A DNA stretch of 60,853 nucleotides from an uncultured virus (IMG/VR IMGVR_UViG_3300008108_004630) (IMGVR_UViG_3300008108_004630); one strand, 5' to 3'. Positions 19,796 through 28,185 are shown, numbered from the stretch's first letter. The notes: generated from the letters alone by a model not told the origin. Numbers and translations: made by a program.

Positions 19796-20039
19796 TTCTA
19801 TCTGTATCTGGTTTTACTCCTAGAGCTGTAGATATTAGTGCATCAATTCTGATAATATCGTGGTTCATTGTTTTAACTCTGTTATCAAGTGCAACAATAA
19901 TTCCACTTAAACCTTTTACAGAGCTTTGAACCCCTGCGAGAATGAATTTAAGAGTAAGAAATACAAAGTAACCACCGGCTATAGATGATGCTATAGGAAA
20001 TCCTACTTCTGCAACCAGTTTAAAGAATTCTGCTTCCAT
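19755..20039 (-). CDS. Small membrane protein (holin-like), paralog 2
   Basis: VGFPIASSIAGGY TM segment, LDNRVKTMNHDIIRID; AGGAG RBS. Confidence 0.65.
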   Translation of the reverse strand: MEAEFFKLVAEVGFPIASSIAGGYFVFLTLKFILAGVQSSVKGLSGIIVALDNRVKTMNHDIIRIDALISTALGVKPDTDRIARADGKNDARKD

Positions 20040-20216
20040 GACGTGCTCCTTTATAGATATTATACACTTTTTTAAAAATACCACAAATAGTAAAAGAATA
20101 CTTTTCTGTGCTTATGTAAATCTAAAAAATTAATGTTGCATAGGTAACTTGGAAGATTTTGGTTTGACTAGTAAAAAAAGTTTTGATAAACTACCAATAA
20201 TTAAAAAGGAGTTCAT

Positions 20217-20681
20217 ATGCAGCTTACAAAAAACTTTTCTCTATCAGAAATGGTTAAGAGCGAAACAGCCCTTAGACACGGACTTGATAATACACCTGGA
20301 GAAAGAGAGATTGAAAATCTAAAGGCTCTTTGTGAAAATGTTCTTCAGCCTATCAGAGATGCTTTTGGCAAGGGTGTAAAAGTTAACTCTGGGTTTCGCC
20401 ATCCAGAAGTTAACGCGGCTGTAGGCGGATCAAAGACCTCAGATCACTGCCAAGGCCAAGCTGCCGACATTGAAATACCCGGAATAGCTAATGCAGAATT
20501 AGCAGGATGGATTAGAGATAACCTAGAATTTAGACAGCTAATTTTAGAATTCTATACCCCAGGAATACCAGATAGTGGCTGGGTCCATGTATCTTATGTA
20601 GAAGGTGATAATCAGAAGAAAGTTATGACCGCTATGAAAGAAAATGGAAAGACAGTATATAAACCAGGATTAATTGCATAA
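20217..20681 (+). CDS. Peptidase M15 endolysin
   Basis: NSGFR, SDHCQGQAAD, WVHVSY Zn ligands. Confidence 0.9.
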   Translation: MQLTKNFSLSEMVKSETALRHGLDNTPGEREIENLKALCENVLQPIRDAFGKGVKVNSGFRHPEVNAAVGGSKTSDHCQGQAADIEIPGIANAELAGWIRDNLEFRQLILEFYTPGIPDSGWVHVSYVEGDNQKKVMTAMKENGKTVYKPGLIA

Positions 20682-21061
20682 TGATAGGCGGAAAAATATC
20701 GCTAGGTTTAGCAATAGCTCTTGTTACCGTATCTAGTGCCTTTTATATTTACTATGTAGATAGTCAAAATACTATTCAAATTTTACAAGAGAACGTAGCT
20801 AAATTAGAAGTAGCTGTAGAGATACAGAAGAAAACTATAGAAGCTATGAAAGAAGATTTTGCTAGACAAGCAAAACTTGCTAATGAATTACAATCTAATC
20901 TATCTAAGGTAGAAGAAGATAAAGCTAAGTTGTCTAATCTTTTAAAAAAACACAATCTAGAAAAGATTTTGAAAGATAGACCTTCTGAAGCAGAAAAAAA
21001 GATTAATAATGGAACTAAGAGAACCTTTAGGCAGATTGAACAAGATACTACTAGTAAGTAG
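20681..21061 (+). CDS. Putative i-spanin (Rz-like)
   Basis: N-terminal TM plus long coiled coil after endolysin. Confidence 0.65.
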   Translation: MIGGKISLGLAIALVTVSSAFYIYYVDSQNTIQILQENVAKLEVAVEIQKKTIEAMKEDFARQAKLANELQSNLSKVEEDKAKLSNLLKKHNLEKILKDRPSEAEKKINNGTKRTFRQIEQDTTSK

Positions 21062-21416
21062 CCTTGTTTTATTATCTGGCTGTTTTTCTAGAGAAAAAAA
21101 GATAGAGATATCTGCGGAACCTGTTAAAGTTCCTGTAATGCAGCCGGCTGCTGTTAGGGCTGTAAAATTAGAAGATGTAGAATTCAAAGTAGTTACTAGT
21201 GAAAATATAGATGACTTCTTAAAACAATGGAAGAAAAAATACGGTGATGACTTTGTATTTATAGCTTTTAGCGTTAAAGACTATGAAACTATGGCTTTAA
21301 ATTTAGAAGAGATACGACGTTACATCAATCAACAGAAAGAAATAATTGTATATTATAGGAAGGTTACTTCTAATGAAGAAATTAAGTCTGATACCTCTAA
21401 CACTCCTTCTCAGTAG
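21036..21416 (+). CDS. Putative o-spanin lipoprotein (Rz1-like)
   Basis: Lipobox LLSGC, Pro-rich, overlaps i-spanin; start approximate. Confidence 0.65.
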   Translation: MNKILLVSSLVLLSGCFSREKKIEISAEPVKVPVMQPAAVRAVKLEDVEFKVVTSENIDDFLKQWKKKYGDDFVFIAFSVKDYETMALNLEEIRRYINQQKEIIVYYRKVTSNEEIKSDTSNTPSQ

Positions 21417-21762
21417 TTGTATATTTACTGCTAAATTTGATTCTGTTGAATATTCATATGTAACTCAAATTAGAACTATCAGTCAGCTTTCTCGTAAACA
21501 TTGTGACGATATGTCGTATATGAGAGATAAAACCCAACAGATGACGGAACTTAGTCTCACTTTAGTTCACTATTCTGAACATCTACCTAATAACAACCCT
21601 ACATATAATATGAGCAAAGAACTTTTTAATATAGTAGAACCTATGCATAATAGATATCTTACTGTATCTAGAGTATCTAAAACTTATTGCGAAGAAAAAC
21701 TGGAAACCATCATGGAATCTACAGAAACAATGCAACAAAGTATGAATAGGAGATCTAGATGA
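21373..21762 (+). CDS. Lipoprotein
   Basis: MKKLSLIPLTLLLSSC lipobox. Confidence 0.7.
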   Translation: MKKLSLIPLTLLLSSCIFTAKFDSVEYSYVTQIRTISQLSRKHCDDMSYMRDKTQQMTELSLTLVHYSEHLPNNNPTYNMSKELFNIVEPMHNRYLTVSRVSKTYCEEKLETIMESTETMQQSMNRRSR

Positions 21763-22010
21763 ACCCAATATCCGAATTAACTAATCTATCTAGGCACACA
21801 GATTTTGCCGTTATTAGTTGTGCTAATAAAGCTATTAAATATCATAGAGAGTTTGAAGAAGGATTAATTTCTAAAGAAGAACATGAAGAACTATTAAGAG
21901 ACTTAATCTCTCAAAAAAACTTAGCTAAATTTGCAGATGAGTTAGAGACTCAAGCAAAAATTGAAGAAGCAGTAAAAGCCTTAATAGCAATAGCTCAGGC
22001 AGCTTCTTAA
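21759..22010 (+). CDS. Hypothetical protein
   Basis: ATGA-coupled ORF. Confidence 0.6.
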   Translation: MNPISELTNLSRHTDFAVISCANKAIKYHREFEEGLISKEEHEELLRDLISQKNLAKFADELETQAKIEEAVKALIAIAQAAS

Positions 22011-22019
22011 AGGAAAGAG

Positions 22020-22310
22020 ATGAGCGATGATACAGAACCTAAAGAGGTAAAACCCCCTGAGAGTTGGGTTCAAAAATACTGGAGACCGGCCATGGGTTGG
22101 AGTTACATGGCAATATGTTTATTTGACTTTATGTTAGCTCCTGTATTTTTTGGTATTTTATCTGCTGTAACTAAAATACCGCACACAGTGTGGAAAAGTT
22201 TAACTCTAGCAGAAGGTGGACTATTTCACCTAGCTATGGGCGCAGTATTAGGTATCTCAGCCTTTGGTCGCACTCAAGAAAAAACTGCTAAGATAGCTAA
22301 AGAAGACTGA
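22020..22310 (+). CDS. Holin (GTA 3TM holin-like)
   Basis: WRPAMGWSY...LGISAFGRTQEK pattern, TM segments. Confidence 0.75.
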   Translation: MSDDTEPKEVKPPESWVQKYWRPAMGWSYMAICLFDFMLAPVFFGILSAVTKIPHTVWKSLTLAEGGLFHLAMGAVLGISAFGRTQEKTAKIAKED

Positions 22311-22551
22311 GTGATTTGTATCTTTAAGACTTTCTGTATTAAATGTGGTAATGAGAACATAGATTGGAAACGTTCTGATGAGTCTGCTGAGTTAATATCT
22401 TGTTTTAAATGTCACGCCTTATATGAAACAGATACTACACTCATATCAGTTACTTCAACTGAAAGTCTTAGAGCATTACAACAAAAATAACTATAATAAT
22501 ACTTGCTTGTATCTGTCTTATTTGATAGTATAGCTACTATTGGAGTTATAC

Positions 22552-22989
22552 ATGGCAAAAAATAAAAATCAAAAACAGACACAAGCAGTATCAACTAAAA
22601 AGACTGGTCCTAAAGTTAGCGCACGACCTGTTTCTAGAAAGTATAAACTACTTGCTAGAAAAGATAGGTCAGAATATGATAGACTTGATTCTCTTTTTCA
22701 AAGTCTTCGCTGGAGAACTAGGATCATTGATAGACCACAAAATGCTCAAGAAAAAGTATTACGCGACAAATATCTTAAAGATAACGACGTAGAGTCTAGA
22801 GCAGCCCAATTACTTAATCAGTATGGAGAAGCTGGTCTACAAAGAGCAGCTGCTATTCAAGCTGTAAAAACTGATAAAATTGACTTACTACTTAATAAGT
22901 GGAATCCTCGTCTATCTGAATTTAAAAGAGTGCAGGAAGCCATGAAACGTGGTAGGATGGGTGAATTGTTAAAAGATGGAAAACTTTGA
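22552..22989 (+). CDS. Hypothetical basic protein
   Basis: GGAG RBS, ORF. Confidence 0.6.
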   Translation: MAKNKNQKQTQAVSTKKTGPKVSARPVSRKYKLLARKDRSEYDRLDSLFQSLRWRTRIIDRPQNAQEKVLRDKYLKDNDVESRAAQLLNQYGEAGLQRAAAIQAVKTDKIDLLLNKWNPRLSEFKRVQEAMKRGRMGELLKDGKL

Positions 22990-23239
22990 TAAGTTCTTAA
23001 AACTAAGAGATGATCTATATCAAAGCATGACAGAGGCGGCCGCAACAAGGGTCGCCTCTGAATCTTTAGAGGATTCTCACTACATAGTTGCTGCCTTATT
23101 AGCTGCACATATAGCTTGTTGCTCTAGTATTATAAATAGCGGTCCGAAAGATTTTAGAAATCGTTGGGCTGAAGAGTTTATTAACGGAGTTAAGCAAGTT
23201 ATGAATCGTAATGAAAAAAATACTAACACCTTGCATTAA
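22976..23239 (+). CDS. Hypothetical protein
   Basis: Overlapping ORF. Confidence 0.55.
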   Translation: MENFDKFLKLRDDLYQSMTEAAATRVASESLEDSHYIVAALLAAHIACCSSIINSGPKDFRNRWAEEFINGVKQVMNRNEKNTNTLH

Positions 23240-23390
23240 GGTTTGTAAGATCTCTTATAAAACTAATACATGCGTAGGATGTCGTAGAACTATAACTGAG
23301 ATACAAAATTGGACTCAGTATAGCGAACAGCAAAAGCTAGAAATAATGCTTGAGCTGTTATGGAGAAAAAAAGATGGTGGTAAGAACTAA
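23211..23390 (+). CDS. DUF1289 (YdhL-like) Cys-rich protein, missed by ORF track
   Basis: Manual translation TPCIKVCKI...CVGCRRTITEIQNW. Confidence 0.8.
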   Translation: MKKILTPCIKVCKISYKTNTCVGCRRTITEIQNWTQYSEQQKLEIMLELLWRKKDGGKN

Positions 23391-23898
23391 TGCCTATGAG
23401 CGTTCTCTGGAGCCTCTTCAGGTTTATAGAACTATTGAGCACCAAATGGTACATCAAGGAAGAACCTTTATCACAGACTTTGATTACGGTTCTGTAGGAT
23501 CTGCAATTAGCAATGTTTTAATAAGAACTAATGCTACTGTGGTCCACCTTAGAAAAGTTGTTGGTTATAACTCTAGCGGGACATTGTTAATAAAAATATT
23601 TGAAAACCCTACCCTAACATCCGACGGAACAGGTGCATTTGTAAGGTGTGTTAATAGACATCCAGAAGAGATTACAACAAACCGTGCTTTTGTATATTCT
23701 GAAGCAGTAGCTAGTGCTAATGGAACTCTAATAGCAACTAATTATAACTTTGGTCAATCAGATTCTGGGGACCTTCAAAATGACGGAGTTCCTGAATATG
23801 TCTTAGCTCCTAACTCTAATTATATGATAAGTGTTGAACACTCCGGAGCTACTGCGACTGTAGCTCTATCAGTTGCCTGGTATGAGTGGGAACATTAA
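23374..23898 (+). CDS. Hypothetical beta-rich protein
   Basis: ORF; no family recognised. Confidence 0.6.
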   Translation: MVVRTNAYERSLEPLQVYRTIEHQMVHQGRTFITDFDYGSVGSAISNVLIRTNATVVHLRKVVGYNSSGTLLIKIFENPTLTSDGTGAFVRCVNRHPEEITTNRAFVYSEAVASANGTLIATNYNFGQSDSGDLQNDGVPEYVLAPNSNYMISVEHSGATATVALSVAWYEWEH

Positions 23899-23953
23899 TT
23901 TTTTTATTGGTATTTGCTAAAAAATATCTTATAATCTAAAAACAATTAAACGA

Positions 23954-24028
23954 GCCCATATAGCACAGCGGTAGTGCAGCGGTTTTGTAAACCGAAGGTC
24001 GGGAGTTCAATCCTCTCTGTGGGCACCA
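23954..24028 (+). tRNA. tRNA-Thr(TGT)
   Basis: Cloverleaf, CCA. Confidence 0.93.
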
Positions 24029-24034
24029 GATAAT

Positions 24035-24118
24035 GCGACTATGGCGAAACAGCAGACGCGCTAGTCTTAGGAACTAGTCTCGAGAGAGGTGGGGGTGCAA
24101 ATCCCTCTAGTCGCACCA
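24035..24118 (+). tRNA. tRNA-Leu(TAG)
   Basis: Cloverleaf with variable arm, CCA. Confidence 0.9.
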
Positions 24119-24125
24119 ATTTACA

Positions 24126-24266
24126 ATGAATCGCCAAATAGCCCATTTTAGATGTATGCGTTGTGCCACAGAGTGGCAAGATTATGCGGGACCAACAGAG
24201 TGCCCCGTATGTCATCACCTATATCTCAAATGGGTTAACTACAAAGAATTTGGAGTGCATGTCTAG
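24126..24266 (+). CDS. Small zinc-ribbon protein
   Basis: Manual translation with CMRC...CPVC. Confidence 0.55.
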   Translation: MNRQIAHFRCMRCATEWQDYAGPTECPVCHHLYLKWVNYKEFGVHV

Positions 24267-24341
24267 TCGGGGATACTAGCACCGCCTTGAAAGCGGTTGG
24301 AGCCTACGGGCCAGGGGTTCGATTCCGCCATCACTCCGCCA
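24252..24341 (+). tRNA. tRNA-Ser(TGA)
   Basis: Long variable arm, GCCA end. Confidence 0.85.
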
Positions 24342-24390
24342 ATTTCATTTTTATCTTGCTTAATACTTATTTCTGTAGTAAGATATCTAT

Positions 24391-24600
24391 ATGAATGATG
24401 AATTGCAGGATGCTCGCCGCGCGTTTGTAGATTGGATGACCCAACTAGACGCTGACGCCGCTGGGCAGGCTCTGGCTGTGTTTAAAAACAAGCTAGAGCT
24501 TTGTGCTTTTCATAACTGTTTTGATGATGCTCATATTCACTATAAGCATCGTAAATACTGTTTACATCATTATAAACAAATTTCTGGAGAGGCCAACTAG
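24391..24600 (+). CDS. Hypothetical protein
   Basis: ORF after promoter-like sequence. Confidence 0.5.
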   Translation: MNDELQDARRAFVDWMTQLDADAAGQALAVFKNKLELCAFHNCFDDAHIHYKHRKYCLHHYKQISGEAN

Positions 24601-24674
24601 CGGGGAGCTAGCACAGTTTGCTAAACTGAGGGTGCCTGCAAAGGGATGGAAATCGTACTTCCGGCTCTCCGCCA
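24586..24674 (+). tRNA. tRNA-Ser(GCT)
   Basis: Long variable arm, GCCA. Confidence 0.85.
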
Positions 24675-24677
24675 TAT

Positions 24678-24754
24678 GGACCTCTAGCTCAATTGGTTAG
24701 AGCATCAGTCTCTTAAACTGAGGGTTTTCGGTTCAAGTCCGAAGAGGTCTACCA
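24678..24754 (+). tRNA. tRNA-Lys(CTT)
   Basis: Cloverleaf, CCA. Confidence 0.92.
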
Positions 24755-24760
24755 TTTCTT

Positions 24761-24837
24761 GTACCTATAGCTCAATTGAACAGAGCACTCGGCTACGAAC
24801 TGAGAGGTTGTGGGTTTAAGTCCTACTAGGTACTCCA
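24761..24837 (+). tRNA. tRNA-Arg(ACG)
   Basis: Cloverleaf, CCA. Confidence 0.9.
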
Positions 24838-24838
24838 T

Positions 24839-24914
24839 GGGTTGTTGGTGAAGCTGGTGCACACATTCGCCTGAAGAGCGAAGGAACTCTGTTCGATTCA
24901 GAGACAACCTACCA
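24839..24914 (+). tRNA. tRNA-Phe(GAA)
   Basis: Cloverleaf, CCA. Confidence 0.9.
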
Positions 24915-24920
24915 TATTAC

Positions 24921-24996
24921 GCCCCTGAAGTTCATATAGCTGAACAGACCCTTGGTAAGGGTAAGGAAACAAGTGCAAGTCTTGTCTGGGGCACCA
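24921..24996 (+). tRNA. tRNA-Thr(GGT)
   Basis: Cloverleaf, CCA. Confidence 0.88.
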
Positions 24997-25001
24997 GTTA
25001 T

Positions 25002-25076
25002 GGTGGCTATAGTGTAATGGCAGCACTACAGATTGTGATTCTGTCAGACTCGGCTCAAATCCGAGTAGTCACCCCA
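25002..25076 (+). tRNA. tRNA-His(GTG)
   Basis: G-1, C73, CCA. Confidence 0.9.
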
Positions 25077-25078
25077 AC

Positions 25079-25154
25079 GGACTCGTGGTTCGAATAGTTA
25101 GGCAGCCGACTGCAAATCGGTAATATGCAGGTGCAACTCCTGTCGAGTCCTCCA
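25079..25154 (+). tRNA. tRNA-Cys(GCA)
   Basis: Cloverleaf, U73, CCA. Confidence 0.88.
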
Positions 25155-25164
25155 CATAATTTAA

Positions 25165-25242
25165 CCGGGTATAGCTCAGTCTGGCTAGAGCACTCCGTTT
25201 GGGGCGGAGGGGTCGTAGGTTCAAATCCTGCTACCCGGACCA
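25165..25242 (+). tRNA. tRNA-Pro(TGG)
   Basis: Cloverleaf, CCA. Confidence 0.93.
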
Positions 25243-25436
25243 TTTAAAAATAGCACTATACCAAATTCTTTTATTTTTATATTGCTCAATGCTAAAAAGT
25301 TTAGTAATATATAAAAACTGAAGCGGAGAGACAGGTAAAACCTCCTCTCCTACAAAATAAAACTCTTAAAGAGGACCGACAAAGAAAAGTCATTTTTTAG
25401 TTGGTAGTTACTTAAAAGTTTGATATTATAGATAAA

Positions 25437-26285
25437 TAATGAGTTGGGGCGCTTAAGCCCCATAAGGATAGTCACAGTAATGTGATAAAAGCGGTAATCC
25501 CTACATAACCGCACCACTCTCCGAGTGGCCCACTTAAGCAAGCCCAGTTCCTAGCCTTCGGCAACGGAGGTAACAATGAACTAGGTGTAGTGAGAAAACG
25601 ATAGCTTATAGGCCCGCAAGGGGAACCTAAGTTGTTGGAATGTAACGGGTGGTGCCGACTTCACTACAACACCAATCTAGCAGTTGGTAGAACAAAGGGT
25701 AGCATCTCTGTCTGAAGTTTAAGCAACTAAAGGCATTTTTGCAGTATCAGCGGTAGTGGATAAGCTATAAATGCTTATACATCGTCGCAAAATACGATCG
25801 AGTAGCGCGCGTCGCGAAAGATACGTGGTGTGTTGTATTTTGTATGTCAAAACCATACGGAGCAACGAGGCAGCACATCGCAGTAGGTTATTATTGTAGC
25901 TCAGTGGATGAGCATTTGCGTTGGAAGCAAACGGACGCTGGTTCAAATCCAGTCAATGTTTTAAAAAAGCAAAGTCTGCCTCGGTTATATGTGAAAGGTA
26001 TCTAATACCAAGCTCGAAAGAGAACTTGGTCTGATGTAGCCCGCAAGGTGAAATCAGTTTATATTAAAAAATTCGTAGCTCGCAAGGCTTAATGGCTCGC
26101 AAGGTCAGCGGACGGTATAATATAGAGTAGCGTATAACGTCAAGTCTACTGCCAGACTTTAAAAGGCGATACTGTTGGTATACTGGGTGACCTTAACAGG
26201 CATCTGGTGGATGTCAAGAAAACCTCTACTGCAAATAGAGGGTACCTCTTGAAGTGCTAATATAGAAAGTGTAATCTCAGCTTTC
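25437..26285 (+). ncRNA. GOLLD-like giant structured RNA with embedded tRNA-like element
   Basis: About 850 nt GC-richer region without a credible ORF inside a tRNA cluster; many GCAA/GNRA-capped hairpins (CCCGCAAGG, CTCGCAAGG); own promoter (25401-25429) and terminator; resembles GOLLD as recalled, not searched. Confidence 0.75.
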
Positions 26286-26289
26286 CTTC

Positions 26290-26331
26290 AAAATGCGATA
26301 GTTTAGGGTAACCTAGATTATCGCATTTTTT
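26290..26331 (+). terminator. Intrinsic terminator after giant RNA
   Basis: AAAATGCGATAG...TTATCGCATTTTTT. Confidence 0.7.
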
Positions 26332-26361
26332 GCGTCTAGAGTATAAAATTGCATTTTTATA

Positions 26362-26390
26362 TTGCTAGATGCTCTAAGTTTTAGTATTAT
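26362..26390 (+). promoter_or_regulatory. Sigma70-like phage promoter
   Basis: TTGCTA-N17-TATTAT; same TTGCTN-N17-TAWWAT pattern at 25282, 35627, 39561, 44549. Confidence 0.7.
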
Positions 26391-26401
26391 ATATAAGTTG
26401 A

Positions 26402-26559
26402 TGTTTTGAAAAACATTGTCGGATGAAGGATCTGCGGACGCGTAGTCTACTCGACACTAAGTGGCCATACTAGGTGTCTGATATAAATCTCGCAATGGCT
26501 GATGACGGTTGATCGCCGAGTCTGAAATTTGCGCTCGGACAATGTTTTTCAAAACACCA
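26402..26559 (+). ncRNA. Unassigned structured RNA
   Basis: 19-bp terminal inverted repeat followed by CCA, internal hairpins, starts just after promoter. Confidence 0.55.
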
Positions 26560-26563
26560 ATAT

Positions 26564-26638
26564 CGCAGGGTGGAGCAGTAGCAGCTCGTCTGGTTCATAC
26601 CCAGAAGGCCATAGGTGCAAGTCCTATCTCTGCAACCA
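26564..26638 (+). tRNA. tRNA-fMet(CAT)
   Basis: C1xA72 mismatch, CAT anticodon, CCA. Confidence 0.88.
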
Positions 26639-26643
26639 ATTGA

Positions 26644-26719
26644 GGAGCGTTCGTCTAGCGGCCTAGGATCGCGGGCTTTCAATCCGTTAACAGGGGTTCG
26701 AATCCCCTACGCTCTACCA
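26644..26719 (+). tRNA. tRNA-Glu(TTC)
   Basis: Cloverleaf, CCA. Confidence 0.92.
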
Positions 26720-26794
26720 GTTTTGTATGTTTTTGATATAAAACATACCGTTCCTGCCCACGAAAGAAACTCACGGGCCGGCAGGGGCTTTTAT

Positions 26795-26869
26795 GGGCTG
26801 TTAGCTCAGCGGCAGAGCAGCGTCTTTACACGGCGAATGTCGGCGGTTCAATCCCGTCACGGCCCACCA
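26795..26869 (+). tRNA. tRNA-Val(TAC)
   Basis: Cloverleaf, CCA. Confidence 0.93.
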
Positions 26870-27026
26870 TTTTTTACCGGTTTCGGTATGCCCGGTCTAC
26901 TATTGCAAGCCATATAAGGCACGATTCAGTTGCGTACGCTATAGGGCCCGAGAGTATGATGTAGATAAAACCGAGTATTTTGTTGTATAATAAGCTGTAG
27001 TTTGTGTAAGTTGCTTGCTCTTAATA

Positions 27027-27109
27027 GGACCGGTCACCGTAGTGGCGAGCGGCGCAGACTTTTAATCTGCTATTATACATCGTGGGTTCGAGTCCCACCC
27101 GGTCCTCCA
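27027..27109 (+). tRNA. tRNA-Lys(TTT), enlarged variable region
   Basis: GCAGA-CTTTTAA-TCTGC arm, GGTTCGAGTCC, CCA. Confidence 0.82.
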
Positions 27110-27118
27110 AAGATTACG

Positions 27119-27700
27119 ATGACTACTACTATTAGTTATTGGGTAAATAAATATTTTTTAGAAGAAATAAAATATTGGCCCAGTAAAAAAATATCCAAAG
27201 AAGCTTATATAAAAGCTATTTTAGATACCGATAACCTTTCATTAAAAGAGAGGTTAAAAGTAAGTAATGATACTATCGCTAATATTAATAAAGTATTACC
27301 GTATCAAAAATCTAAAAGAGTTTTTTATTCTATACTAGATTTTTATGATAAAAAATTATGTCCTAAATGTAAAGTAGTTAAAGATAAAAAAGATTTTTTT
27401 AATAATTCTGTTGTAGCCAGTAAGTTACAATCTACTTGTAAAGACTGTGATAAAGTATATCAAAAAGAAAATCTCCATATATGGAGAGAAGCAGCAGCCT
27501 TAAGAAAAGCGTATCTTTTAGAAAGAACACCTTCTTTCGGCCAAGAGGGAATAAAAAATTTTTATTCTAAATGCCCAAAAGATTATCACGTAGATCACAT
27601 AGTACCGCTTAAAGGTATTAACGTATCTGGACTTCATGTATTATGGAATTTACAATATTTACCAGCTAAAGAAAATCTTACTAAAAGTAATAAATTTTAA
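27119..27700 (+). CDS. HNH homing endonuclease
   Basis: CPKC..CKDC, YHVDHIVPL...GLHVLWNLQYL...N..KSN. Confidence 0.88.
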   Translation: MTTTISYWVNKYFLEEIKYWPSKKISKEAYIKAILDTDNLSLKERLKVSNDTIANINKVLPYQKSKRVFYSILDFYDKKLCPKCKVVKDKKDFFNNSVVASKLQSTCKDCDKVYQKENLHIWREAAALRKAYLLERTPSFGQEGIKNFYSKCPKDYHVDHIVPLKGINVSGLHVLWNLQYLPAKENLTKSNKF

Positions 27701-27710
27701 AAATTTTTAT

Positions 27711-27804
27711 GGTCCCATAGTTTAACGGTAGAACACCCGACTTATATTCGGCATTGTCTCCAGATTAGAGAGCAGTCCAGGTTCGAATCCTGGTGGGACT
27801 ACCA
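27711..27804 (+). tRNA. tRNA-Ile(TAT) with long variable arm
   Basis: Acceptor GGTCCCA/TGGGACT, loop CTTATAT, about 24-nt extra arm, CCA. Confidence 0.75.
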
Positions 27805-27809
27805 ATTAT

Positions 27810-27885
27810 AGCCGTATAGCTCAATTAGCAGAGCGCTCACCTGATTAGTGAGATGTTGTAGGTGCAACTCCTTCTACGGCTACCA
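27810..27885 (+). tRNA. tRNA-Ile(GAT)
   Basis: Cloverleaf, CCA. Confidence 0.88.
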
Positions 27886-27890
27886 ATATT

Positions 27891-27976
27891 GCCCGCATGG
27901 CGGAATGGCAGACGCAACGGACTTAAAATCCGTAGCCTTTAAAGGCGTGCCAGTTCAAGTCTGGCTGCGGGCACCA
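27891..27976 (+). tRNA. tRNA-Leu(TAA)
   Basis: Cloverleaf with variable arm, CCA. Confidence 0.92.
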
Positions 27977-27980
27977 AATT

Positions 27981-28054
27981 ATCGGCATAGTGTAATGGTA
28001 GCACGACAGCCTCCAAATCTGTTTGTCAGGGTTCAAGTCCTTGTGCCGGTGCCA
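27981..28054 (+). tRNA. tRNA-Trp(CCA)
   Basis: Loop CTCCAAA, G73, CCA. Confidence 0.85.
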
Positions 28055-28108
28055 TTTTTTAGTTGCAAGTTATCTCTAAACTTGATATTATTAATCATAA
28101 AGTTAAAT

Positions 28109-28185
28109 GCCTTTGTAGCTCAACTGGACAGAGCAATCGGTTTCTACCCGAGCGGTTGTGGGTTCGACTCCTGCCAGAGGCGCCA
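28109..28185 (+). tRNA. tRNA-Arg(TCT)
   Basis: Cloverleaf, CCA. Confidence 0.92.

Noticed and set aside
26499..26528. Hammerhead ribozyme (CTGATGA...GAAA)
   Set aside because: GAAA does not directly follow stem II and stems I/III could not be formed
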